The notes beneath the pieces were generated by a model that saw only the letters and a list, made by a program, of their open reading frames with translations, was not told the origin of the DNA and made no database searches. Positions 28,539 to 38,254 of a DNA stretch of 64,000 nucleotides are shown in pieces. This DNA is from Longimicrobiales bacterium (GTDB taxonomy: Bacteria; Gemmatimonadota; Gemmatimonadetes; Longimicrobiales; Gaopeijiaceae). Position numbers and translations under genes: made by a program. Location of the stretch: NCBI GenBank assembly GCA_965219445.1, contig CBDCNQ010000004.1:832001-896000 (forward strand). The letters run 5' to 3'. Each line of letters begins with the position of its first letter. Position 1 is the stretch's first letter.

Positions 28539-29786
28539 TTGACTCCACTGAAGGCCTCCCCGGGGATCATCGTTTTCGCCCTCTGGCTGCTGGTTTTCGC
28601 CGCCAGCAGCCAGATCATGATCATCACGCCCATCCTGCCACAGATCGGCGAAGAGTTGGCGATCGGTGAATCCGCGCTGGGGACCCTCGTCTCGGCCTAC
28701 TCGATCATGGTCGGGTTCTTCGCCATCATCGCGGGTCCTGTTTCGGACAAGATCGGGCGCCGCCGGATCCTGCTCCTCGGCACCGGCGTGATGACGGGCG
28801 CCCTCCTGATGCACCACTTCGTAATCGGATACTACTCCTTCCTGGCTGTTCGGTTGGGCACCGGCTGCGCGGGCGGGATCCTCAGCGGTTCCGCGGTCTC
28901 GTACATAGGAGACTTCTTCCCCTATAACCGGCGTGGGTGGGCCACGGGGTGGGTCATGAGCGGGATGGCCTTCGGCCAGATCGCAGGTATCCCGATTGGC
29001 ATCGTCCTCGCCGGAGCGTACGGATTCAAGGTGCCCTTCTATCTGTTCGCGGTCGCGATGGCGGCGACCTTTACCTTGATCTGGTTCCGGGTTCCCCAGC
29101 CGGACGTCCAGCGTGCCGTGGGCCCGCTCACCGTTGCGAGCGCGGTGCGGAACTACCGGGCGATGCTTGCACGAAGCGAGATCACCGCGGCGTCCGTCGC
29201 CTACTTCACGATGTTTATCGGAGTCTCGCTCTATGTGGTCTACCTGCCTTATTGGCTGACGCAATCGTTGGGTATGAGCTCGAATGCGATCGCCAGCCTG
29301 TTCGTCGTCGGCGGGATCGCGAACGTGCTCACGGGTCCCCGGGCCGGAAGGCTGTCGGATCGGATCGGCCGGAAACCCGTCATCATCCTCTCCTGCGTCG
29401 GGCTCTCCATCGTGATGCTTCTGACCACGGTGCTGGTTCGGGAGTTCTGGGTCGCGTATGTGCTCTATTTCTCTACCATGGTCCTGGTGGCGATGCGCCT
29501 CAGTCCGTTCTCGGCGTTGTTGACGGCACTTGTGAGCGATGAACGCCGCGGCTCACTGATGAGCATGACCATTGCGTTGGGTCAGGTTGGCTTCGCCGTG
29601 GGTGCAGCCGCGGCCGGGCCGCTCTACAGTCGCTTCGGATACGGAAGCAACACGGTCCTCGGAGCCGCCGCCGTAATGATCATGGCTGGGTTGGTCGCCT
29701 ACCTGGTGCCGGAGCCGGAGCTCCACGCCCATCATTCCGCAGATCGTGCCGACGATCCACTCCCGGATCATGCAGCCGCATCGTGA
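28539..29786 (+). CDS. MFS transporter
   Basis: Two motif-A copies (GPVSDKIGRR, GRLSDRIGRK) and about 12 TMs. TTG start after GAGGAG. Confidence 0.9.
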   Translation: MTPLKASPGIIVFALWLLVFAASSQIMIITPILPQIGEELAIGESALGTLVSAYSIMVGFFAIIAGPVSDKIGRRRILLLGTGVMTGALLMHHFVIGYYSFLAVRLGTGCAGGILSGSAVSYIGDFFPYNRRGWATGWVMSGMAFGQIAGIPIGIVLAGAYGFKVPFYLFAVAMAATFTLIWFRVPQPDVQRAVGPLTVASAVRNYRAMLARSEITAASVAYFTMFIGVSLYVVYLPYWLTQSLGMSSNAIASLFVVGGIANVLTGPRAGRLSDRIGRKPVIILSCVGLSIVMLLTTVLVREFWVAYVLYFSTMVLVAMRLSPFSALLTALVSDERRGSLMSMTIALGQVGFAVGAAAAGPLYSRFGYGSNTVLGAAAVMIMAGLVAYLVPEPELHAHHSADRADDPLPDHAAAS

Positions 29787-29978
29787 TCAGGGGACGCCGA
29801 CATTGAACCCGTATTGACTGGACGCTTGGAGATCATCTGAGGCCTAGGCGGTTAGACGGAGTGTAACCACTCCGGCGTCCGAGCCATTACAATTATGGAG
29901 GTTCAGACAGGGTCTTTCCGCGCCGCCGGACGCAGCTGCGTTCGGCGGCGCCCTTTCCCCACCGACTGGAGGGCGACG

Positions 29979-30965
29979 TTGGCCGGATCGCCGAGGCTTG
30001 ACTTCGAGCGTGACATCATGGAAGTCCAGGAGCAGATTGATGGACTCGTGGCTTCCGCCGAGCGCAGCGGCTTCGATGTCACCGACGAACTCAAGGAGCT
30101 CCGGACGAAATTGGACGCCCTCAAGCAATCCACATACCAGAACCTCACCCCCATGGAGCAAGTGCAGGTGGCGCGGCACCCGGAACGCCCCTACACACTC
30201 GACTACATCGAGGGGATCTTCACGAACTGGATAGAGTTGCACGGCGATAGAGCTTTTCGGGACGACGAAGCGATCGTCGGGGGCTGGGCGGCGCTCGGTG
30301 GGACTCCCGTCATGGTGATCGGCCATCAAAAGGGCCGTGACATGAAGGAAAACCTGCGACGTAACTTTGGAATGGCGCATCCGGAGGGCTACCGGAAGGC
30401 CCTGAGGCTCATGCGACAGGCAGAAAAGTTCGGGAGGGCGGTCGTTACCTTCATCGATACCCCCGGCGCCTATCCAGGACTCGGTTCGGAGGAGCGTGGG
30501 GTCGCCGAGGCCATAGCGATGAACCTACGGGAAATGGTGCGACTCAAAGTCCCGATCTTGTCGGTGGTCATCGGGGAAGGCGGCTCGGGAGGGGCGCTCG
30601 GCCTCGGTGTGAGTGATCGCATCTTGATGCTGGAGCACTCCATATATTCGGTCATCTCGCCGGAGGGCTGTGCCGCCATCCTGTGGCACTCTCGAGACTT
30701 CAAGGCGGAGGCGGCGGCGGCGCTCAAGATCACCTCCAAGGATCTATTGGAGTTGGGCGTGGCCGATGAGGTCATTCCCGAGCCGTCGGGGGGAGCGCAC
30801 TCGGACTGGGACGCCACGATCGCGGCCGTAAAGGAAGCCATCGTGCGTAACCTCACGGAGCTGGGCCGATTCAAGACGGACCGGTTGCTGAAGGCGCGCT
30901 GGGCAAAGTACGAAGGAATGGGGGCGTGGGGCGAGTCGGCGGCTAGTACGTCGGCCGACGCCTGA
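29979..30965 (+). CDS. accA: Acetyl-CoA carboxylase carboxyltransferase alpha subunit
   Basis: LDFER, ARHPERP, ELHGDR, PEGYRKALR, GEGGSGGA. TTG start after GGAGG. Confidence 0.95.
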   Translation: MAGSPRLDFERDIMEVQEQIDGLVASAERSGFDVTDELKELRTKLDALKQSTYQNLTPMEQVQVARHPERPYTLDYIEGIFTNWIELHGDRAFRDDEAIVGGWAALGGTPVMVIGHQKGRDMKENLRRNFGMAHPEGYRKALRLMRQAEKFGRAVVTFIDTPGAYPGLGSEERGVAEAIAMNLREMVRLKVPILSVVIGEGGSGGALGLGVSDRILMLEHSIYSVISPEGCAAILWHSRDFKAEAAAALKITSKDLLELGVADEVIPEPSGGAHSDWDATIAAVKEAIVRNLTELGRFKTDRLLKARWAKYEGMGAWGESAASTSADA

Positions 30966-30980
30966 GCAGGGCCCAGACCG

Positions 30981-31814
30981 ATGGCCGGATTCGCCGAGGT
31001 TCGCTTCAAGGGTACGCGCAAGGGGTACTTCGCATACGAGGCGCTCGACCTCGCTCCCGGGACCCGGGTCATCGTCGAAGCAGACCGGGGCGAGGATCTC
31101 GGCGAGATCACGGCGCTGGGTACGATCGCGGAACGCAAGTGCTCATCCTCCGGGGGGTGCTCCACACCGCTGCCCGAAATGCGTGTTCTCCGGGTTGCCC
31201 AGGACGTCGAGAGCGTCCAGATCGACGAACTTCGGGCCGATGAGAACCGTGTCCGTACGGTGACCCGTGAGCTCGTCGAGCGCCATGAGCTGAACATGAA
31301 GGTTACCGAGGCCGAGTGGCAGTTCGACAAGAACAAGTTGATCATCTACTTCACCGCGGAACGACGTGTCGACTTCCGCGCACTGGTTCGCGATCTCGCG
31401 CGGACCTTCCGGACCCGAATCGAGCTAAAGCAGATCGGGGTCCGTGATGAAGCCGCCCTTCTCGGGGGGGTGGGGCGCTGCGGCCGTGAGCTCTGTTGCT
31501 CCACTTGGTTGCCCGAATTGAAGCCCGTCAGCCTACAATTGGCCAAAGATCAGCTCCTGTCGCTGAACCCGGCTCAGATCTCGGGCTGTTGCGGACGCCT
31601 CATGTGCTGTCTCATGTACGAACATAAGACCTATGTGGAGGCCCGCCGCCGCTTCCCCCGGGAGGGTAAGCCCCTCCGCACCTCCTTGGGAGAAGAGAAG
31701 GTCGTGGGAGTCGACATTCTACGGGAGACCGTCACGCTTCGATCCGCCGAGGGGGAGCCCCGCACCGTATCCCTTGCTGAGCTCAAACGCGAGGTCTCGG
31801 CGAAGCCCGAATGA
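30981..31814 (+). CDS. ricT: PSP1-domain RicT/YaaT family protein
   Basis: RVDFRALVRDL, GVGRCGRELCC, ISGCCGRLMCCL. Confidence 0.9.
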   Translation: MAGFAEVRFKGTRKGYFAYEALDLAPGTRVIVEADRGEDLGEITALGTIAERKCSSSGGCSTPLPEMRVLRVAQDVESVQIDELRADENRVRTVTRELVERHELNMKVTEAEWQFDKNKLIIYFTAERRVDFRALVRDLARTFRTRIELKQIGVRDEAALLGGVGRCGRELCCSTWLPELKPVSLQLAKDQLLSLNPAQISGCCGRLMCCLMYEHKTYVEARRRFPREGKPLRTSLGEEKVVGVDILRETVTLRSAEGEPRTVSLAELKREVSAKPE

Positions 31815-33343
31815 ATCGCCGATACCTCACGACTCCGATCTATTACGCGACGGGTGATCCACACCTGGGACACGCCTATACGACCGTGCTCACCGACGCG
31901 TTGGCCCGCTACTATCGGCAGACCGGGGCCAAGGTCCGGTTCCTTACCGGGACCGACGAGCATGGCCAAAAAATGCAAGAGACCGCGGCCAAGAAGGGCA
32001 TCACTCCCATCGAACTCGCCGATCAGATGGTGAAGTCTTTCGATGCGGCCTGGAAAGATCTGAACATCTCGTTCGATCGCTTCATCCGGACCACCGAACC
32101 CGATCACGTCAGTGTCGTCACAGCCTTCCTCGAGCGCCTCTGGGCGAAGGGACAGATCTACGATGACCTTTACACTGGCTGGTACTGCATCCACGAGGAG
32201 CGGTACTGGACGGAGAAAGACGTCGGAGTGGAGCACCTCTGCCCGGACTGTAAGCGCCCCGTCGATTTCGTAGAGGAAAAAAACTATTTCTTCCGCATGA
32301 GCGACTATCAGGAACGGCTGATCCGGCACATCGAGGAGCACCCTGATTGGATCGTTCCCGTGACGCGCCGCAACGAAATTCTCGGGTTCCTCAAGCAGCC
32401 GTTGAAGGATCTCTCGATCTCCCGGCCCAAGTCACGCCTTTCGTGGGGCATCACGCTCCCCTTCGATCCCGATCACGTCTGCTACGTGTGGGTGGACGCG
32501 CTCATCAACTATGTCACGGCCTCGGATGTGTTGGACCCTGATGGTGGTCCCGATCAACCGGGCTTCACCGATCCGGGGGATTCCTGGTGGCCGGCAAACC
32601 TGCACGTCATGGGAAAGGACATCATCACGAACCATGCGGTTTACTGGCCGACGCTCCTCATGGCCGCCGACCTTCCACTTCCGAAACAGATTCTCGCGCA
32701 CGGCTGGTGGGTGATGGAAGAGGCGAAGATGTCGAAGTCCATGGGCAACGTCGTCGACCCTCTGGAGCTCCGTGAGGATTACGGTGCCGATGGCGTCCGT
32801 TGGTACCTGCTCCGGGACATGCCCACCGGCTCCGATGCGTCGTATACGCCTGAGCGCTTTCAGGCGCGCTACGATGAACTCGCCAACGTTCTTGGTAACC
32901 TGGCCAACCGTGCTATTTCCATGATCGACAAGTATCGGGAGGGGGTCATCCCGGAAGCTGCGGGGGACGGCTTGGACAGTGAGATCGCTTCGACCCTGAG
33001 TGAGGTGACCGAGCACATGGATGGGCTACGGGTCCATGACGCCCTGGCCACGGCCATGGAACTCGCCAGGACGGCCAACGGCTATGTGGACAGCCGCGAG
33101 CCGTGGGCTCAAGCTAAGGACGTGTCCGGTGCGGGGGATCTCGACGAAACCCTTGCATCGCTCGCCCGGGTGCTGACCGTCCTGACCGCCCTGTTTCAAC
33201 CCGTGACACCGAAAAAGATGAGGGACCTCGCCCGCCAGTTGGGTTTGGAGTCCGTGCCGACCCTCGACCAGGCCTTCGCCATCCCGCTAGGAGGTCTGAG
33301 GATCGAAAAGGGAGGGCCCCTCTTCCCGCGGCCGGACCGGTAG
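31811..33343 (+). CDS. metG: Methionine--tRNA ligase (short form, no C-terminal tRNA-binding domain)
   Basis: TTPIYY, HLGH, GTDEHGQK, KMSKS. Confidence 0.97.
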   Translation: MNRRYLTTPIYYATGDPHLGHAYTTVLTDALARYYRQTGAKVRFLTGTDEHGQKMQETAAKKGITPIELADQMVKSFDAAWKDLNISFDRFIRTTEPDHVSVVTAFLERLWAKGQIYDDLYTGWYCIHEERYWTEKDVGVEHLCPDCKRPVDFVEEKNYFFRMSDYQERLIRHIEEHPDWIVPVTRRNEILGFLKQPLKDLSISRPKSRLSWGITLPFDPDHVCYVWVDALINYVTASDVLDPDGGPDQPGFTDPGDSWWPANLHVMGKDIITNHAVYWPTLLMAADLPLPKQILAHGWWVMEEAKMSKSMGNVVDPLELREDYGADGVRWYLLRDMPTGSDASYTPERFQARYDELANVLGNLANRAISMIDKYREGVIPEAAGDGLDSEIASTLSEVTEHMDGLRVHDALATAMELARTANGYVDSREPWAQAKDVSGAGDLDETLASLARVLTVLTALFQPVTPKKMRDLARQLGLESVPTLDQAFAIPLGGLRIEKGGPLFPRPDR

Positions 33344-33410
33344 TAGCCTACCGCGTCTCTCACACAACGCACCCAGCTCGAGCAAAGCTCCCCTGAGACC
33401 GGAGCTCAGC

Positions 33411-33440
33411 TTGACACTCTCCGACGACACGGAATATGTT
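33411..33440 (+). promoter_or_regulatory. Candidate sigma70 promoter for the M23 peptidase
   Basis: TTGACA-18 nt-TATGTT. Confidence 0.55.
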
Positions 33441-33521
33441 CCCGCCTTCGCTGAAAGGGCACCCATGGCCGGTACGGAACGATTCGCTCGCAATGGGCCG
33501 AGAGGCATCGGCCCGAGATCC

Positions 33522-33566
33522 GGACGAGCCCCTTCAGGACGAGCCCGATCAGGACGAGCCCGATCA
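33522..33566 (+). repeat. 3 x 15-bp tandem repeat GGACGAGCCC(C/G)(T/A)TCA
   Basis: Units at 33522, 33537 and 33552; the last base is the A of the M23 start codon. Confidence 0.85.
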
Positions 33567-34495
33567 TGACGAATCAGCGGTGGACCTTTGTTTGTGTCTC
33601 CGAGGATAAGCGTCCGGTGCGGCAGTTCAGCCTATCTGCTCGGGCGCTGCACTATACTCCCTCCCTGACCGCCGCTGCCGTCACGGTCCTTTCCGCGCTG
33701 AGCATGATCGTCGCTCTCGACGGATCGGCCCGGCTCGAGGTGCATAAGCTCCGTGGGGAAAAAGCCGCGATCTCCCGAGAAGTCGAGTCGATACGGATGA
33801 GGGTCGGCCTGATGGAAGGGTCCATCGATGGATTCATCGAGAACGACGAGCAGTTTCGGGTTCTCGCGGGTCTAAGTCCCATCGACCCAGAAATCTTCGA
33901 GGTGGGCGTCGGTGGGCCGGGCATGACGGCGTTCGCATCCGATCCGATGTGGGAGACCGATCCGGCGACCGCCGAGGCTGTCTTCACGACGGCCTACGAC
34001 CTCGCGGCATTGGAGCGGCGGGCAAACCTGCTCTCGCAAAGTATGCAGCAAGCCATGGACGGCCTCTTGGCGAACTACGCTCTTCTCGAGGCGACTCCGT
34101 CCATCCTGCCGGCCGAGGGGATGGTCAGCAGCCAGTTCAGCGCTGCCCGATCGCATCCCCTCTACCACGAGCAACTCCCACACGTCGGTATTGATCTGAG
34201 CGCCGTGGACGGCACGCCGATTCTTTCGGCCGCAAATGGATTTGTCTCTTATGCGGGCTGGAAATCGGGCTACGGCTATACGGTCGAGGTCGACCACGGG
34301 TTCGGAATCATGACCCGCTATGCGCACGCCTCTCGGATACTCGTCAAGGGGGGGCAGGCGGTGACACGGAGCGAGATTCTCGCGCAGGTCGGCAGGTCCG
34401 GTACGGCTACGGCCAGCCATCTCCACTACGAAATCTGGGTGGATGGCGAGGCCAAGAACCCCAGGGACTATATCCTGAACGGAGTAATCCCCTAG
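33566..34495 (+). CDS. M23 family metallopeptidase
   Basis: TM plus coiled coil; HVGID, YAH, HLHYE. Confidence 0.92.
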   Translation: MTNQRWTFVCVSEDKRPVRQFSLSARALHYTPSLTAAAVTVLSALSMIVALDGSARLEVHKLRGEKAAISREVESIRMRVGLMEGSIDGFIENDEQFRVLAGLSPIDPEIFEVGVGGPGMTAFASDPMWETDPATAEAVFTTAYDLAALERRANLLSQSMQQAMDGLLANYALLEATPSILPAEGMVSSQFSAARSHPLYHEQLPHVGIDLSAVDGTPILSAANGFVSYAGWKSGYGYTVEVDHGFGIMTRYAHASRILVKGGQAVTRSEILAQVGRSGTATASHLHYEIWVDGEAKNPRDYILNGVIP

Positions 34496-34611
34496 CGGCG
34501 ACCGTCGGCTGCGACGGTCGCGCTTCACCGCCACCGTCGTCGAGCTTGATGCGTCCTCGGCCGTTCAGTATTTTTTGCCAAGCTTTCCGGCCACATGCAA
34601 CGGAGTTGGAC

Positions 34612-35388
34612 ATGAAGCATAGCAAGTGTCTGCTGGCCCTTCTGGGAACCGCACTTCTCTCCGCCTGCGGTCCCACCCAGGTGGTGGTGGTCGCGGAGGT
34701 CGGCCAGGACGACCCGACCCAAGCTGGCGAGGCCAGGGCGTTGGCCGACCTAGAGGTTCGCCTGGTCCCGTTCGATCGGGACCTCATTTTCGATTCGATG
34801 ACGGCCGCGGCCACGAGTCCCGAACCGGCGATCCCGGACTCGGTGCTAGAAGCTCAGGCTGAGGTGGCCGCGGCACAGCAGGCCTGGCGCGACTTGGAGG
34901 CCCGGTGGAACATCCTTCGTGACACGCTGCAGTCCCTGAGTGACGAGCTCGAGCAGTTGAGCCGGGGGCAAGCGCAGTACCGCCTTCTTTTCAGGGATTT
35001 TGAGGAACTTGATGGCGAGTACGCCGCCGTAGAACGGCAGCGTGACCAGGCCTTCGAAGACTTCACGACCCTCCAGGCCGCCTCCATGGCAGCCGCTGAA
35101 GAAACCCGGATGGTCCGTCAGCAGTGGGGGGACGAGGCGTTCGTCGACGTCGGCATGGCGATGGCCCTGCACGAACGGGCCAGCGGACTCGCGACGCTTT
35201 ATGACACGACCGACGCCAGCGGCGTCGCCGACGGGTTCGAGGCCGATGCGGGGGACTATTGGGTAACGGCCCGGTACGAGCTCCCCTATACGGAGCTCTA
35301 CTGGAACGTCCCCGTAACGGTGGTCGGCGGCGAGCCCGCACAGGTCCGACTCACGCGAGACAACGCTACGGTTCGACCGAACTTGTAG
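34612..35388 (+). CDS. Hypothetical lipoprotein with coiled coil
   Basis: Lipobox LSAC and a central heptad region. Confidence 0.75.
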   Translation: MKHSKCLLALLGTALLSACGPTQVVVVAEVGQDDPTQAGEARALADLEVRLVPFDRDLIFDSMTAAATSPEPAIPDSVLEAQAEVAAAQQAWRDLEARWNILRDTLQSLSDELEQLSRGQAQYRLLFRDFEELDGEYAAVERQRDQAFEDFTTLQAASMAAAEETRMVRQQWGDEAFVDVGMAMALHERASGLATLYDTTDASGVADGFEADAGDYWVTARYELPYTELYWNVPVTVVGGEPAQVRLTRDNATVRPNL

Positions 35389-35409
35389 GCCGTCCCGAGA
35401 CTCGACGGC

Positions 35410-35448
35410 GAGAAGCCTCGGGGGTCCTGAGCGGCCCCCGGGGTTTTC
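35410..35448 (+). terminator. Probable terminator hairpin
   Basis: GAGAAGCCTCGGGGGTC..GGCCCCCGGGGTTTTC after the stop at 35388. Confidence 0.6.
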
Positions 35449-35462
35449 GAATAGTTTACGTC

Positions 35463-37631
35463 ATGAGCACGAACCCTCCGCCCGGCGCTAATCCGACGCT
35501 CCACGTCGACGAGAATCGGGTTGCGTGGATCACCTTCGACGACCCAGAGCGTAAGGTGAACGTGCTCAGCGAACAGGTCCTTACCCGATTCGGTGAGCAT
35601 CTGGGCGAGGTACGGAATTTGGCGCGGCAAAGCAGGGTGCACGTGGTCGTACTGTGGAGCGCGAAGAGCGGGTTCATTGCGGGAGCCGACCTAGCCGCGA
35701 TCGAAGGCCTCGAGGATCCGGCCAAGGGAGCGGAGGGAGCCCGGTTCGGACAACGTATCTTCGGCTCCTTGAAAGAAGTCGGCATCCCGACTGTTGCGGC
35801 TGTACACGGGATTTGCCTGGGCGGCGGCGTGGAGATGGCGCTCGCCTGCAGTCATCGTGTGGCTTCCGATTCACCCTCCACCAAGATGGGTCTCCCCGAG
35901 GTACTTCTGGGAATCCTACCTGCGTGGGGGGGAACGACCCGACTGCCCCGGCTGATCGGAGTCGAGGATGCCTTGGGCTTGTTGCTCAGCGGCCGCCAGG
36001 TGTCGTCTTCCACCGCCCGGCGCATGGGACTCGTGGACGACGTCGTTCCAGCGGATCTCTTCCGAGAGAAGGTCGCCGCCTTCGCGGCAGAAGCAATCTC
36101 AACCAAGAAACCACGGCTGCGACGCCCTCTCTTGAAGCGCCTCAAGGACGGCACCGCCCCGGGCCGCCGGTTGGTCCTTTTCTTCGCAAAGAAGCAAGTC
36201 ATGCGACGCACGGGAGGCCACTACCCAGCGCACTTGAAGATCCTCGAGGTCGTGGGCCGGAGCGTACGAGAGCCCCTCATGAAGGCTCTCGAAATCGAGG
36301 CGAAAGCCGCCGGAGAACTCGTTGCGTCGCCCGTCTGCAAGAATCTGATCCACGTCTTCCACCTCCGAGAGGAGGCACGCAAGGGAACCGGAGTCGATGA
36401 CGAGGCCATCGAGCCCGGACGTGTAGAGTACCTTGCGGTGCTGGGAGCCGGCGTAATGGGCGGTGGAATCGCACAACTCGCTGCTTACAAGGGCATTCGC
36501 GTCCGCATGAAGGACATTCACCGCGAAGCTATCGTGAGCGGCCTTCAGCACGCCGCGGGGCTTTTCGACGACTTGGTAAAGCGAAAGAAGCTTCGCCGCC
36601 GTGAGGCGGTTCAGGGGATGTCGCTCATCTCCGGTGGCCTTGGATACGAGGGATTTGCACGACAGGACCTGGTGGTTGAAGCGGTCGTCGAAAAGATGGA
36701 TATCAAGCGGATCGTCCTGCGGGAAACGGAGGACACCGTTCACAAAGAGTCCGTGTTGGCCACAAACACGTCTTCGCTGTCCGCGGACGAAATGGCGTCT
36801 GCCTTGGCCCGTCCGGAGAACTTCGTCGGCATGCACTTCTTCAACCCTGTCCACCGTATGCCCCTGGTTGAAGTCGTGCGCGGGACGCGTAGCAGTGATC
36901 ACGCGGTGGCCACCACTTATGCGCTCGCCCTCAAGCTCGGAAAAGTGCCTGTGGTGACCAAGGCCGGACCCGGCTTCCTGGTGAATCGCATTCTGGGCCC
37001 CTATATGAACGAGGCAGGCTTTCTCCTCGCCGATGGGGCCAGTGTCGAAGCCGTCGACCGCGCCGCGAAGAAGTTCGGAATGCCGATGGGACCCCTGCGA
37101 CTCGTGGACGAGGTCGGCATCGACATCAGCCGGCACGCCGGGCAGTCGCTGCATGAGGCCCTCGGTGACCGGTTGTCTCCCTCCCCGCCCCTGGTGGCGC
37201 TGGCGGACAGTGGGCGTTTGGGTAAGAAGGGGGGGATCGGCTTCTATCGGTACGACAACGGCAAGGAGAAGGGCTCCGACCCCGAGATTTATGCAGTCCT
37301 CGCTACAACGGTGCCGCCCGTTCGTGCGACGATCGGGGAGCGCGAGATCCGTGGCCGCCTAGTGCTGGCCATGGTGAACGAGGCCGCTCGAGTTCTGGAT
37401 GAGGGCATCGTCGGACGAGCGAGTGACGTAGACCTCGCGATGATCATGGGGACGGGCTTTCCACCTTTCCGTGGCGGCCTCCTTCGGTTCGCCGACACGA
37501 TCCACACCCGAACCATCCTGAGCCGCCTGAACGATTTCGAGGAGAGATACGGCGCCCGCTTTACGCCGGCTGATCTTATTCGCCGTCTGGCCAGAGAGAA
37601 CCGTGGGTTCTATGAGTCCTTCCCAGGCTGA
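35463..37631 (+). CDS. Fatty acid oxidation complex alpha subunit (enoyl-CoA hydratase/3-hydroxyacyl-CoA dehydrogenase, FadJ/FadB-like)
   Basis: FIAGAD, CLGGGVE, GLPEV, GAGVMGGG, NTSSL, GMHFFNP, GFPPFRGG. Confidence 0.93.
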   Translation: MSTNPPPGANPTLHVDENRVAWITFDDPERKVNVLSEQVLTRFGEHLGEVRNLARQSRVHVVVLWSAKSGFIAGADLAAIEGLEDPAKGAEGARFGQRIFGSLKEVGIPTVAAVHGICLGGGVEMALACSHRVASDSPSTKMGLPEVLLGILPAWGGTTRLPRLIGVEDALGLLLSGRQVSSSTARRMGLVDDVVPADLFREKVAAFAAEAISTKKPRLRRPLLKRLKDGTAPGRRLVLFFAKKQVMRRTGGHYPAHLKILEVVGRSVREPLMKALEIEAKAAGELVASPVCKNLIHVFHLREEARKGTGVDDEAIEPGRVEYLAVLGAGVMGGGIAQLAAYKGIRVRMKDIHREAIVSGLQHAAGLFDDLVKRKKLRRREAVQGMSLISGGLGYEGFARQDLVVEAVVEKMDIKRIVLRETEDTVHKESVLATNTSSLSADEMASALARPENFVGMHFFNPVHRMPLVEVVRGTRSSDHAVATTYALALKLGKVPVVTKAGPGFLVNRILGPYMNEAGFLLADGASVEAVDRAAKKFGMPMGPLRLVDEVGIDISRHAGQSLHEALGDRLSPSPPLVALADSGRLGKKGGIGFYRYDNGKEKGSDPEIYAVLATTVPPVRATIGEREIRGRLVLAMVNEAARVLDEGIVGRASDVDLAMIMGTGFPPFRGGLLRFADTIHTRTILSRLNDFEERYGARFTPADLIRRLARENRGFYESFPG

Positions 37632-38238
37632 GGTTTGGGGAGTGGTTCCCTGCTCCGGCCGTTCCAGCCGGATGGGCACGCCCAAGGGGATGCTCGACGC
37701 GGGAGGGCGAACGTTCATCGAACGCGTGGTTCACGCGCACCGAGCCGGTGGCTGTAGTCGGGTGCTGGTCGCACTCCCCACGCTGGACGGACCCGAGGCC
37801 GCCGAGGCGGCAGAGGTGGGAGCAGAGGTAGTGATGAACCCCTCCCCCGAGGAAGGCCCGATCGGGTCTCTACGGGCTTCGCTCCAGGCCCTCGATGATT
37901 CCGTCGAGGGAGTTTCCTTCTGCCCCGTAGATCATCCTTTGATTCGCGAAGACACCGTACGAAAACTGATCGAAATGTTTTGGCGAAGCCAAGCGCCGCT
38001 GGTCGTGCCCACATTCGACGGCAAGCGAGGTCATCCCGTCCTCTTCGGGAGGGTGCTGTTCGACGAACTCCTGAGTGACGCGCTCCCGGAGGGTGCCCGC
38101 ACCGTGGTGCATCGGCACCTCGACGAGGCCGTATCGGTCCCAGTCGACGATGAGGGCACCGTCATCGACATCGATGATATGACAGCGTACCGCCGTCACT
38201 GCCCCGAGGAATACCGCCTCCGCGTCCAGGACCGATGA
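37612..38238 (+). CDS. MocA/MobA-like nucleotidyltransferase
   Basis: GRSSRMGTPK, PVDHP, RGHPVLF, DIDD. Confidence 0.85.
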   Translation: MSPSQAEVWGVVPCSGRSSRMGTPKGMLDAGGRTFIERVVHAHRAGGCSRVLVALPTLDGPEAAEAAEVGAEVVMNPSPEEGPIGSLRASLQALDDSVEGVSFCPVDHPLIREDTVRKLIEMFWRSQAPLVVPTFDGKRGHPVLFGRVLFDELLSDALPEGARTVVHRHLDEAVSVPVDDEGTVIDIDDMTAYRRHCPEEYRLRVQDR

Positions 38239-38254
38239 CGGACCCCCAAGACCC

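Noticed and set aside
33447..33530. c-di-AMP (ydaO) riboswitch before the M23 peptidase
   Set aside because: CGCTGAA and GGTACGG resemble its 5' part, but the conserved 3' CCCGTCAGCTAAC element is missing.
33522..33566. CRISPR array
   Set aside because: The 15-bp units have no spacers, and no repeat-spacer array was seen anywhere in the window.
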